From a virus: a stretch of 64,000 bases of DNA. The translations under genes were made by a program, and so were the position numbers. The notes under the pieces were generated by a model, which saw only the letters and a program-made list of their open reading frames with translations, did no database searches and was not told the origin of the DNA. Position 1 is the stretch's first letter, and each line of letters begins with the position of its first letter. Where the stretch lies: the IMG/VR virus record IMGVR_UViG_3300046501_000558, positions 17,478-81,477 of that record. One strand, given 5' to 3'. This document shows, in pieces, positions 38,186 through 48,100 of the stretch.

Positions 38186-38418
38186 ATTTAACGTCCTTGA
38201 CGAACTCAATCAGTAAAAAATACATGTAGAAACTCGTTAGGTTGTGATTAAACACAACCCAAAATTAATATTGGATTTATTGAAATAAAACGACAAAAAG
38301 TTTGGCAACAATAAAATTGCCAAACAAAAAATAATTACTAAGTTGTGTTGTATTTAATGATCACGGCGGTAGTTCTCCAATACTTAAATTTGGATTTCTG
38401 CCATGACATTATGAAACT

Positions 38419-38498
38419 GGTGGCAGAACGGAAGAAGGTTGACGGACCAGTAACTCTCTACCAGCACACCCGAAGGTGTCCCTCTCCCGTCCTACCGC
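38419..38498 (-). ncRNA. C4-type antisense RNA
   Basis: GCGGTAGGACGGGAGAGG...CACC-TTCG-GGTG...CTGGT-AGAGAGTT-ACTGG-TCCGTCAACC...CCGTTCTGCCACC C4-like fold, with complementary upstream target. Confidence 0.7.
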
Positions 38499-38560
38499 TA
38501 CGAGAGGGGACGAGTGGTACATCTAAGACAAATCCTCAGAAAAGGATAAGCTCTGATGCG

Positions 38561-38580
38561 AGAGTTAAACAGTCCGTCAA
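38561..38580 (-). promoter_or_regulatory. C4 target (a1/b1-type site)
   Basis: Minus-strand TTGACGGA...TAACTCT is complementary to the C4 segments TCCGTCAA and AGAGTTA. Confidence 0.65.
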
Positions 38581-38609
38581 GACTGCCTGGCAATGTGGCC
38601 AGAATGTGA

Positions 38610-38638
38610 AGAATAATGATCGGTTTAACAACTGTCAA
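38610..38638 (-). promoter_or_regulatory. Sigma70 promoter for the C4-tetR transcript
   Basis: TTGACA-N17-TATTCT. Confidence 0.7.
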
Positions 38639-38694
38639 TAATTCATATTTTTTAATTGTAAAAAAAAATTGACAATAAATAAATACTTAACAAT

Positions 38695-39342
38695 CTAAGT
38701 GTTCTGTATTTGGTCGTATATGGATTGATCTTTAGTCTGAAAAAACACATCAAAGCTTTGACTCATTAGCCAATCTTGTTGACTTTGTTTTTTAAAAATC
38801 GGAGCTAAGCGCTTAATATAGTAATTAATCCATTCATTATTATTATTAAAAAAAGCCCTATCTTTTAAATCTTCGTATAAATCTTGCAAATTGACTGCAA
38901 TCGTTTCAATAGAAGGATTAAATAACCATATGGTTATATCCATTGGCTCCGCTGCCGTGACCTGATACTTATCTTCAGGGTTAAATGCTTCAATCCGATA
39001 AAGCTGTGCGCCTTTTTCAGTGTACGATGAATACATAAGTTTAGTATTTGCAACTTGATAATAGCCCTTACCAATTTCAAATTCACGTAATTTTCTGGAA
39101 ACATCTAAGCAATCTGATAAATATTGAGGTGGTAGATCTTTATAATTATTAAATATTTTTACACTTCGACTAATAACATAATATTCACCTGTGCCTGTAA
39201 TTATCCCTTTTTTCCATAGAAACATTTTTGAGAGATTTCCATTAGATATATTTAAAGATCCATCATTTGATATAGTAACTTTCTTATTATCTGAAGCAAT
39301 GATAATGCTATCGTTTAATTGAATTGCAACAATAAATGTCAT
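38695..39342 (-). CDS. Hypothetical protein, Ntn-hydrolase/proteasome-beta-like N-terminus
   Basis: MTFIVAIQLNDSIIIASDNK start resembles the Thr-nucleophile fold. Confidence 0.55.
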   Translation of the reverse strand: MTFIVAIQLNDSIIIASDNKKVTISNDGSLNISNGNLSKMFLWKKGIITGTGEYYVISRSVKIFNNYKDLPPQYLSDCLDVSRKLREFEIGKGYYQVANTKLMYSSYTEKGAQLYRIEAFNPEDKYQVTAAEPMDITIWLFNPSIETIAVNLQDLYEDLKDRAFFNNNNEWINYYIKRLAPIFKKQSQQDWLMSQSFDVFFQTKDQSIYDQIQNT

Positions 39343-39438
39343 AAAGAAGGTGGAATTAATCACGTTTAAATACTATTATTATGCAGATTATAGTTTAATT
39401 TTAAATCTTTTTAATAAAATAATAGGTAATTCTTAATC

Positions 39439-39639
39439 ATGGCTGGTGGTTCACAGATCATTATCAATAAAAGCGGTATTACTGTTATTACGCCGTCTAA
39501 ATTCGAGGTTAAAGCAGGTCAGCATCTATTTAAGCCCGGTGCTCAAGTACAAATGCCTCAGATTGCACTTCCCCAACCTATTTGTATTGAATGCCTTGTG
39601 AAAGCGGCCAAAGAAGGTGCAGGGATCGTAAGAAGATGA
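39439..39639 (+). pseudogene. VgrG C-terminal (DUF2345 end) remnant
   Basis: AGGSQIIINKSGITVITP.KFEVKAGQHLF..G matches Acinetobacter-type VgrG C-termini; rest of vgrG absent. Confidence 0.7.
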
Positions 39640-40133
39640 GTTTTAAGAATCAAAATTTAGAAAGTTTTATTGCTAATCATCATAAAGATGGACAATTATT
39701 TTTGCTTGTCGATGGCGCACAGATTGACCACGACCATATATCAAATTTAGAAGACTTGTACGGCGATTGTTTCTACTTATTTCAAGGTACATATGAAGAA
39801 GAAGCCTTTCAGTATGGCCCTATATTGTTCGATTTAAGTCAGTTAAATCTAAAGCAAGTAGAAAGCCAAATTAAGCTCATGAAATCCAAGGATTCTATGA
39901 TTTTGATTAAAAGTAAATTAGACATTAAGCAATTGAAAAATAAGCTTCTTGAAAAGCTCTATATTGAACTCGATGACGGCGGCATAGGTATTCTTCGTTA
40001 TTACGATCCACGTGTGTTAAATCGCCTCTCTCTCATCTTTACCAGTGAACAAAAAAAGCAATTGCTTGAAGGCTTTGAGTCCATTTCTTTTATGCTCAAC
40101 GAATTAAGCTATGAGTTGAAATACAATGATTAA
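39636..40133 (+). CDS. DUF4123 T6SS effector chaperone
   Basis: LFLLVDGAQ, LFQGT.EE...YGP.L, LRYYDPRVL. Confidence 0.88.
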   Translation: MSFKNQNLESFIANHHKDGQLFLLVDGAQIDHDHISNLEDLYGDCFYLFQGTYEEEAFQYGPILFDLSQLNLKQVESQIKLMKSKDSMILIKSKLDIKQLKNKLLEKLYIELDDGGIGILRYYDPRVLNRLSLIFTSEQKKQLLEGFESISFMLNELSYELKYND

Positions 40134-40470
40134 GTTAGATAAAAATCAGATTGATAGCCTTGAGAAAGTAAAAGATAGAGAAGAACTCTGTGAAAAAATT
40201 TATCAGTATTTAGTAGATAAAAAGGAATCTTTCAAAGCCTACCCGGTTAATTATGAACAGCTGAAGCCTGATATATACAAGAGCTTTGATTTATTGATAT
40301 CGCTTTTATTGACGGACAATGAGGTCATTTGTCAGTTGATTGTATGGAACACAATCATGAGAAAAGGTGTTCTAAATGATCCTGGTATTCAAAGCTTTGT
40401 TAAAGGCTCAAATGCCCGTGGAAAAGACCTAATAGCAGCTTTTGAATATTACGAACTGAGAGATAAATAA
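40126..40470 (+). CDS. Hypothetical protein (possible co-chaperone)
   Basis: Between DUF4123 and the effector, overlapping the upstream stop. Confidence 0.6.
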   Translation: MIKLDKNQIDSLEKVKDREELCEKIYQYLVDKKESFKAYPVNYEQLKPDIYKSFDLLISLLLTDNEVICQLIVWNTIMRKGVLNDPGIQSFVKGSNARGKDLIAAFEYYELRDK

Positions 40471-40471
40471 T

Positions 40472-41110
40472 ATGTGGGGTTTGATTGCACGAGGATTAGC
40501 GACCGCTGGCGCGAGAGTTGCCGCCCCTGCTGCTGGTGAAGTTGTAGCGACTCAAGGTGGGCGGGTGATTGCTACTGAAGCTGCAAAGGGTATGGCTACG
40601 ATTGTTTTAGCGAAAGAAGTAAGTAAAGACATAACAAAACAACAGCGTTGTAATAAATGCGAGCCTTACCAAAGAGGTAATAAACATGAAATTGAACGCT
40701 CAATGGGCAATGAAATTAATACACAATATCAGTTCAAAATTGCCAACCTATCTAGCTATCCTTTAACGTTTAGAGTGTCCGAACCTTTTTTAAAAACGGG
40801 GAATAAAAAGCCAACTACAAAGGTCCAAGAATGGGTAGTTGGAGGGGTTTCATTTGATGGGTTATGGCCTATGGAATGTATTTTAGTTGAGGCAAAAGGA
40901 AGATATGCCCAATTTTTGGACCCTAAAATGAAAGAGTTCATTACAGATAATGTTTTTAAACTTATGGTTAAAGAAGCTAAGAGCCAAACGGCCGTTGTTT
41001 TGACGCTCAAGGGGGCTAAATTACAATGGTATTTTTATGAAAAAGAAACCAAGGATTATGTAGATGACCTTCTTTTTAATTCGGTTCATACAATTTTTAT
41101 GCCTATGTAA
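40472..41110 (+). CDS. Tox-REase-5 nuclease toxin (T6SS effector)
   Basis: C..C.P, YQ..I, EW..GGVSFDGLWP.ECILVEAKGRY, L.WYF.E. Confidence 0.82.
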   Translation: MWGLIARGLATAGARVAAPAAGEVVATQGGRVIATEAAKGMATIVLAKEVSKDITKQQRCNKCEPYQRGNKHEIERSMGNEINTQYQFKIANLSSYPLTFRVSEPFLKTGNKKPTTKVQEWVVGGVSFDGLWPMECILVEAKGRYAQFLDPKMKEFITDNVFKLMVKEAKSQTAVVLTLKGAKLQWYFYEKETKDYVDDLLFNSVHTIFMPM

Positions 41111-41124
41111 AACAGGAAATTAAA

Positions 41125-41817
41125 ATGAAAAAGTTTTTCGTTAGTACACGTATACCCAAAGCGCTTGGTAATTCATCTTCGGAAATTGAATCCCAATTAA
41201 AAATACTAGACAAAATAGTTAGAGAAATATCTGTCATTGATCCTATTTTTGCTAATTGGTATGTCAATAATTATGATGAGACTGCACCTGAAGCGCCTTT
41301 AGAATATTCGTTCCCTTCAGACCAAGGATTTCAATATCTTTTTGATAAAAAAAGTGCTGACCAATTTGAAAGCTTCTCATTATGGAATGGCTCAGAAGAA
41401 AATAATGATTATGCCAGTATAGATTTGAGTAACCTTGGCCTACTCCTGAAATTTCAGAAAGTCCTATCAGCTGATCAAATTGTTCAAATTTTTGAAGTGC
41501 TTTTAAAATATTTAAAAATTGATTATTTATATGTAAATTATAAATTTTTTAAAGATATTAATGTTTTTGAACATCGTTTACCTACGACCTCAATTTGCTA
41601 TGTCTCTTTAAATGTAGCCGCTGACTATCTCCCACATCTTTATAAAAAAGTAGATGTAGATAATGAAAATAATAAAGGTACAATCTTGGTATTTGATGAA
41701 AATTGGGTTTCTGAAACTGAAGATTTAAAGAAAAAAGTGCAAGAAAATTCTATTGCTCTAATAGAGGTCGGTGCAATTCCTGAAGCTATGATCCCTGATT
41801 CTTTTTATTTAAACTAA
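41125..41817 (+). CDS. Cognate immunity protein (Imm52-like)
   Basis: Directly follows the toxin; I..IDP.F.NWY, SLWNG, VF.HR, GTILV pattern. Confidence 0.7.
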   Translation: MKKFFVSTRIPKALGNSSSEIESQLKILDKIVREISVIDPIFANWYVNNYDETAPEAPLEYSFPSDQGFQYLFDKKSADQFESFSLWNGSEENNDYASIDLSNLGLLLKFQKVLSADQIVQIFEVLLKYLKIDYLYVNYKFFKDINVFEHRLPTTSICYVSLNVAADYLPHLYKKVDVDNENNKGTILVFDENWVSETEDLKKKVQENSIALIEVGAIPEAMIPDSFYLN

Positions 41818-41868
41818 ATCATTGTAAATTAAGTCTATAATCACTTAAAAATATGCATTGGAATATAT

Positions 41869-42420
41869 ATGCTACTTCAAAATTTACATATTGATGTAAA
41901 AGTAATTGCTTTTGATCAAGCGAGACTAACAACCATTTATTCTTTAAATAAAGATAGTAACGGCGAAATTTTTAATGGTGAAATCAAAGTAGTCGATGCA
42001 GATTTGCAAAGTGAAAGCGCCGTATCTGGTTTGGTTGAATTAACACCTAAGCTTTTAGGGTTAAGTATTATTCCTTTTGATACTCATACAGATGAAGCTT
42101 ATACAAACTTTAAGAATGAATTTAGCAAAGGTCTATTAATAGCTCATAAGCACTCAATTGATGACTTTAAGATTATAGTTTCTCAAGCTGGCTATAACTT
42201 TAAGCTGAATGGAATTGAAAGCACTAAAATTCAAAGATTTAAAGCCGGCGATAAAGTGATGATGGTCGGTAGTCATGAAGCAACTTTTCCGGAAAATGAA
42301 TCTAAAGTTTGGACGTGTCTAAATGATAGTTTCATTGATAAAGGTAAAGACGAGTGTGTTCACTTAGAAGGCTTTAGTGGAGCATATTTTTGTAAATACT
42401 TAGCTTTGGTTAAAAGTTAA
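41869..42420 (+). CDS. Hypothetical protein
   Basis: 183 aa; C-terminal FKAGDKV.M..EA...VWTC..DSF...V.LEGFSG.Y.C.YL domain. Confidence 0.6.
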   Translation: MLLQNLHIDVKVIAFDQARLTTIYSLNKDSNGEIFNGEIKVVDADLQSESAVSGLVELTPKLLGLSIIPFDTHTDEAYTNFKNEFSKGLLIAHKHSIDDFKIIVSQAGYNFKLNGIESTKIQRFKAGDKVMMVGSHEATFPENESKVWTCLNDSFIDKGKDECVHLEGFSGAYFCKYLALVKS

Positions 42421-42471
42421 TATTTTAGGCACTATTGCAGGCAGCACACGCTTTATTCTTCAAGTACACCA

Positions 42472-42714
42472 ATGATTGATTTAGACGAAAGTCACCCCTT
42501 AACTCCTAAGCAGCTCGAACAGATTGGAAATTAGCTATTTGGTGAGAAATATAAAATAGCTTTGGCCTACTTTTTGAGTGTAGATAGACGGCTTATCAAT
42601 CATTGGTTAGATAGGGATCGGTCGATACCTGCTGGTATAAGAGATGAAATCATTAAGCTTTTAAATCTAAAAATTGAGTATATGGCTAAGCAATTAAAAA
42701 AAGAAAATGAGTAA
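42472..42714 (+). pseudogene. Small HTH regulator interrupted by in-frame TAG
   Basis: MIDLDESHPLTPKQLEQIGN*LFGEKYKIALAYFLSVDRRLINHWLDRDRSIP...; TAG at 42532. Confidence 0.65.
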
Positions 42715-42800
42715 ATTAACGAAAAAATGAACTTTCTTCTTAGACTGAAATACCACTCATCGGCTTAATTTGAAATCTACAAAAACACCCCTTACGATTC

Positions 42801-42825
42801 ACTTGAATATGTTACGTAATCAAGT
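42801..42825. promoter_or_regulatory. Acinetobacter UmuDAb-type SOS box
   Basis: ACTTGAATATGTTACGTAATCAAGT inverted repeat (TTGAA-N11-WTCAA) 6 bp before umuC. Confidence 0.7.
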
Positions 42826-42831
42826 TTTATC

Positions 42832-44127
42832 ATGGAAAAAAAGGTCTTCGCTCTCGCTGATATCAACAACGCATACTGCAGTTGTGAGAGAGTTTTTAAT
42901 CCTAAATTATTGGGTAAGCCTTTGATTATATTGAGTAATAATGATGGATGTGCAATAAGTCGTTCAGATGAGGCCAAAAAAATTGGCATAAAAATGGGGG
43001 TTCCACTCTTCAAATTAAAAGACATTATCAAAGAACATAATGTAATTGTTCATTCGAGTAATTTTCCTGTTTACGCTGAAATGTCTCGCCGTTTTATGAA
43101 TGTGTTAGCCGAATTTGTGGGCGACAAAGAAACAGAAATTTATTCTATTGATGAATGTTTTCTTGATTTAACGACCTTCCAAAATTTATATGATTTAACA
43201 GACTACACAAGAATAATGAAAAACCGAGTCTATCAGTATCTTGGTTTACCTATTTGCATTGGCATTGGCCGTACGAAAACTGAAGCAAAGCTTGCAAATT
43301 TTATTGCGAAAAAAAACAAACATTACAAAGGTATATGCAATCTACTTGATATAGATTTAACTAATCTTGAAGCTATTTACCAAAGTATACCAGTTGATGA
43401 GGTGTGGGGTATTGGCTCTCAACATGCGAAAAAATTGCACGCTATGGGGCTAAATACTGTTTATGACTTAGCTGTGAGTGCTAACCCCCAACATATACAA
43501 CAATTGTTCTCAGTCGTAGTAAAACGTACTGTTTTGGAGTTACAAGGTACTGCATGCATTGAGCTTGAACATACTAAACCTGATCAGAAACAGATTATTT
43601 GTTCCCGTGCATTTGGCCGTCCGGTTATGAACATTGATGATTTAGGTGAAGCGATATCGCTCTATACACAAATCGCAGTGAGAAGGCTTAGAAAACAAGG
43701 TCTACTTTGTGGAGCAATAACAACTTTTGCACATTCAAACCCATTCGACGAAAACGTTAAATTTTTTAGGTCCACGGCGTCGATTGGTATGCCCACACCT
43801 ACTGATAGCGCGATTATTTTGGTAAAAGCTGCAATGCATACGCTACCAAAACTTTTCAAAGATGATATTGCATTCAAAAAATGTGGTGTATTACTTACGG
43901 CGTTAGAGCCCAAGACTGGCTATATTCATGATTTACTTATTGATCTTGATTTCATTGAACAACAAGAAAACATAATGAAAGCTTTTGATAAAATTACCGA
44001 TCGTTTTGGCAAGAAGAAAATCGGAATTGGCAGCTGTGTTTTGCCTGATAGAAACTGGTCAATGAATCAACAATACAAGACTCAAAATTATTTCAGTTTG
44101 GAAGGTCTGCCGCTAATAAACAACTAA
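42832..44127 (+). CDS. umuC: Y-family DNA polymerase V subunit UmuC
   Basis: ALADINNAYCSCERVF.P, LSNNDGC, YSIDECF, TKTEAKLAN, C-terminal W.M.Q. Confidence 0.95.
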   Translation: MEKKVFALADINNAYCSCERVFNPKLLGKPLIILSNNDGCAISRSDEAKKIGIKMGVPLFKLKDIIKEHNVIVHSSNFPVYAEMSRRFMNVLAEFVGDKETEIYSIDECFLDLTTFQNLYDLTDYTRIMKNRVYQYLGLPICIGIGRTKTEAKLANFIAKKNKHYKGICNLLDIDLTNLEAIYQSIPVDEVWGIGSQHAKKLHAMGLNTVYDLAVSANPQHIQQLFSVVVKRTVLELQGTACIELEHTKPDQKQIICSRAFGRPVMNIDDLGEAISLYTQIAVRRLRKQGLLCGAITTFAHSNPFDENVKFFRSTASIGMPTPTDSAIILVKAAMHTLPKLFKDDIAFKKCGVLLTALEPKTGYIHDLLIDLDFIEQQENIMKAFDKITDRFGKKKIGIGSCVLPDRNWSMNQQYKTQNYFSLEGLPLINN

Positions 44128-44185
44128 AAAACAGATAGTTAAATGTCATATTTGGTCAATGTAATATATTTTATTCTTAACTATA

Positions 44186-44611
44186 TTGATCAAAAAACAT
44201 CAGCTTAATTTAGTTTTGGATAAACTCATGGGAAAAAACGGTGTACCTTTGGGCCTTATTATTTTTGGTCTATTATCTGTTGCGGTAATATATTCAATTG
44301 CTCAATTTTTTCAAGATTCTTTTACTTTGAGCGATTCAATTGCTTTACTTGTCGGTCTAAAATTTAGCGTTTTTGTAGTACTGATCGGCTTACTTTCAAT
44401 AGGGTTTAACAGTGTTTTTACTGTTCTGTTTACCGTTGCCATTCCTACTTCAATTTTTTGGTATCGACCGATACTGAATGAAAAAGCATTACAAACTTTT
44501 GAAAAAACACTAGAAATGCCTTTCTACGGAACAAATAATGGTCAAATTATAATATCTTTAGTTATCGCATTAGCGTCCTATGGTTTTTGGATATATAAAA
44601 AATCTAAGTGA
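44186..44611 (+). CDS. Membrane protein (paralogue of 44739..45122)
   Basis: Four TM segments; RPIL and P.YGT..GQ motifs. Confidence 0.65.
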   Translation: MIKKHQLNLVLDKLMGKNGVPLGLIIFGLLSVAVIYSIAQFFQDSFTLSDSIALLVGLKFSVFVVLIGLLSIGFNSVFTVLFTVAIPTSIFWYRPILNEKALQTFEKTLEMPFYGTNNGQIIISLVIALASYGFWIYKKSK

Positions 44612-44626
44612 GCATAAACAAGTATT

Positions 44627-44655
44627 AAAAAAGCCCTCATTTTGAGGGCTTTTTT
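44627..44655. terminator. Intrinsic terminator
   Basis: AAAAAAGCCCTCA-TTT-TGAGGGCTTTTTT. Confidence 0.8.
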
Positions 44656-44738
44656 ATAAAGTAAAAGTTAATATTAGCCAGTGTATTATATGTTTTTATA
44701 AAGTATATTCCGCCAAAATTACTTTATACCTATTAGAA

Positions 44739-45122
44739 ATGTTAAACGTATCAAATCCAGCAAATATCATCGTTATTACTATTGTTTTACTAATGACATT
44801 AATAAATACAATAACCTTTAATTTTTGGGAATTGATAGGAATCGATATCTATACAAGCCATCAGGTCTTATTTAATACCCTCATTTATGCAGTTGTTACA
44901 GGTCTGTTCAGCTTCAAATTTCGGTATACCGTTAAAGTCCGTACATCCTTAATTCTTTCATTACCTATCTATTTTTTTTGTATACGACCAATCTTAGAAT
45001 ATAAAGAAAATCATTCGATTGGAGTGATTCCTATGTATGTGACACATCAAGGACAAGGATTAATTTTATTGAGTGTTTCTCTGTTGGCTTGTGCTTTGTG
45101 GGTTTATATAGCAGATACATGA
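44739..45122 (+). CDS. Membrane protein (paralogue of 44186..44611)
   Basis: Four TM segments; RPIL and P.YVT..GQ motifs. Confidence 0.65.
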   Translation: MLNVSNPANIIVITIVLLMTLINTITFNFWELIGIDIYTSHQVLFNTLIYAVVTGLFSFKFRYTVKVRTSLILSLPIYFFCIRPILEYKENHSIGVIPMYVTHQGQGLILLSVSLLACALWVYIADT

Positions 45123-45125
45123 ATG

Positions 45126-45148
45126 AAAGCCCTCATTATGAGGGCTTT
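45126..45148. terminator. Bidirectional terminator
   Basis: AAAGCCCTCA-TTA-TGAGGGCTTT between convergent genes. Confidence 0.75.
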
Positions 45149-45157
45149 CTTATTAGG

Positions 45158-48100
45158 CTAAAGCTGCTGCATAGCTTCATCTTCAATTAGTTTGGTGATT
45201 AGAGCGCCTAAAGCTACAGGATCAACGGGATGACCTGCCAACTTAATAGCAGCATTGACTGTACTCCAACTAACCTCAGAACTTTTAAAAATAATGGCTG
45301 GTACCATTCTTTCATTACGATCTTTAGCGAGGGTTAAACGTTCAATACCGTGGACTAAAAAGTACTTACTTCCATTTTCAAGTACAACTATAGGATCTTC
45401 GAGAGAAATTCTACTTTCTTGCAATTTTGGGGCTTTGGCCGTGTTCACTTTACTCACCATGACATGTTCATAATGACCGTCTTGCGACCAGCTGTCATAG
45501 ATACCCTTTAACTGCTTATTCTCTTCAGTAATCTGGTTAAGCCATTGGACAAACTCGTCAAAGCTGTACTGTTCAATATTACCCATACCCGAAAAATTTT
45601 CATCATAATGATTTTGGTACAGTAAAGTAGCCTCAGCTTTGCTATTCGCGCCGATAATGACTTTATGTTCATCAAAGTCACCATGTTCATCATTCTGGTG
45701 AACAACAAAAATAGGTCCCGCATAATCCGATTGAGTACCAGGAACAACGAACACATCGACTTCATCACCATCATGGCCTAGAGAGTCTGTAAAGAATCCG
45801 TAGTGAGCTAACATTTTGGTTTCCCAAGTCTCGCCGTCAGCCCCTACCCCTGACCGTACGCTACCCGCAGGATTCTCTATATGAACATGTAATTCATTAA
45901 TTTTTAACTTGCCAGTAGTGTAATCACCACTCTGCAATTGTTGCTCATTTGGCTCTTGTCCTTGATTTAAACTGCTTGTAGCGGCAGATTGGGCAAGAAT
46001 GTCATTAACACCAAGCTGGTCATCGTCAGTGAAGTTATTAGTGCCAGAGCTACCAATACCATCAAGCAATTGAAAATTTTCATTAGAACCTATGACCATT
46101 TCAAAATCAGGATCATGGAATGCATGCGTAAATAATGCATCCATGAATGCTTTATTTTGACTTGCTGTTTCAAGAATTTTTTTCTCTTTAATTACATGAA
46201 AGAGCTGATCGAATGCAGCATTTACAGCTTCACGTTCAACGCCCTGCGGGTACGCAACTTCACCAACACGATTATTGCCCCCTTGTGTTGAGTAAGCTAA
46301 ATAATCATTTTTACGGCCCATAGTAGCCAAACGATCTTGTAAGTATGCAGAAAACGAACGCGCAGCCATTTCAAGTTCTTGGGACCAATATTTGCCCATT
46401 TTGCCTTGATCTAAAAGTAATGCTTTATTATAAAAATCACTATGAGAATCAAAACCCTCTATAGCGATTTGTACACCGCCGTCAGCTGTAAGAGAAACGT
46501 CGCCTTTTATAAAATGGCGAGCAATCAAATATTCACCTAGTTTATGTTGTGCAAAAGAATCAACATAGACTCTCGACTTTGCTTTAAGAGCATCAAACCA
46601 TGCTTTAAATTTTTCAACAACAATACTCAAAGGCTGTTCAAATGGTGCTTCAGGGTCTAAACCCATATCTTTAGCAAATTCTTTACCTGTTGAAGCATAG
46701 TTAGATAAATCAAACTCATCAGCTTCTTTAGATAAATCCTTATATTTATTCTTATGAACAAGTCGATTTTTATGGAAGCGTAAAGCATACGTTAAGTTTT
46801 TGAATGCTTCAGAAAGCTCTTTATCTTCAATCTTTGCGTAGTCACGTGTACCAAAAAAGCCCAACGCACCAACTTTCTGAGTTGATAAGTCATTGATTAA
46901 ATTATCAAGGGCATGGAAATATTCATGGCCTAAGGAACCTCCCCCCTTCATTTTAGTGATATTAATGACTTTGGCGCTTGGTTCATAATGAGCTAAAGCC
47001 CCACTCTTACCACGCGCACCGAAAGCTAAAGCTAAATTTCCGTTTAGACCAAGATTTTTGACATCAATGCCGAGAACGTCGGACATATCAATCATAGCCT
47101 CAGCGGTCGCTTGCATATGAAACTCAGCACTCGACTTATCTTTTAATACCCAATTGCCTGATTGAATACCACGGAAATTACAGAGTTGTTCAAGCTCTTT
47201 TGAAGATCTTACCTGTACAGCTGGGCCGCCAACACGTTCAATGTCTGCAGCTGCTTCAAGTTGAAAACTCGGGGCCTTAGGTTTTTTAGGTTTACCCTCT
47301 TCATCAGTTAATTTTGGCTCTTTATCAAGCCAAGCCCACTCTAAGCCTTTAGATTGTTGATATGTACGAGGTACGCGCCCGGTTCTGGCTTCTTGTAGAG
47401 CAGAGTTACCAGTGTTAAAAATCCAAGAATAAAATTTTTGCCCAAGCTCTGAAATTACCCGTGTTTCCCATTTATCGAAATTCATAACCTCAGCAAAAGC
47501 AGATTTATCGTAATATTTGACTAAGCCTTTAGGATTTTCAATTTCATAGCTAATATCAACAATTATTTTTTGAACTTGTTCATATTTACGGCATTTTTCA
47601 AGACGCTCACGTAGATTTGAAATAGCTAAAACATAGTTTTTACGGCTTTCAGCATTGGTTGGAACAACGGGTTGTTTCGCAACGGCGTCATAAACGCGTT
47701 TAATCAAATAAGCGACTTCAGAAGGCATTCCATCATCACGTAATTGGCTCCAATCAACCACACCAAACACATTTTTTTTGTTGATTAGTGCTTGAGCTAG
47801 ACGATCGTCTTTATTGAGTTCATCCCAATCAATATCACTAATAACAATGTTTCGGCCTTCTTTTTTCGCTACATCAAAAGTTTGGGTTAAGAATTTACGA
47901 GCACCAGCAATCACGGCGGTATCTTTCCAACGGTAATTTTCCGATGTTGTTACACTCGATAGGCCATCACCTTCATCAATAATATTTGGTTCAGCATCAG
48001 GCTCTTCCGAAGAAATTACACCATCAAGCAAAACTGTAATTTCATTAACTCGACGAGAAATTTTTACCTTTTCAAGAGGCGATAATTCACCTTCTTTCAA

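Noticed and set aside
38345-38641. 98-aa plus-strand ORF
   Set aside because: Antisense to the C4 RNA and its promoter; no recognisable protein features
27235-42534. Genome-wide amber (TAG) recoding suggested by two interrupted ORFs
   Set aside because: Several apparently complete genes end normally in TAG (stops at 3439, 45158, 52068, 53491, 58008) and no suppressor tRNA was seen
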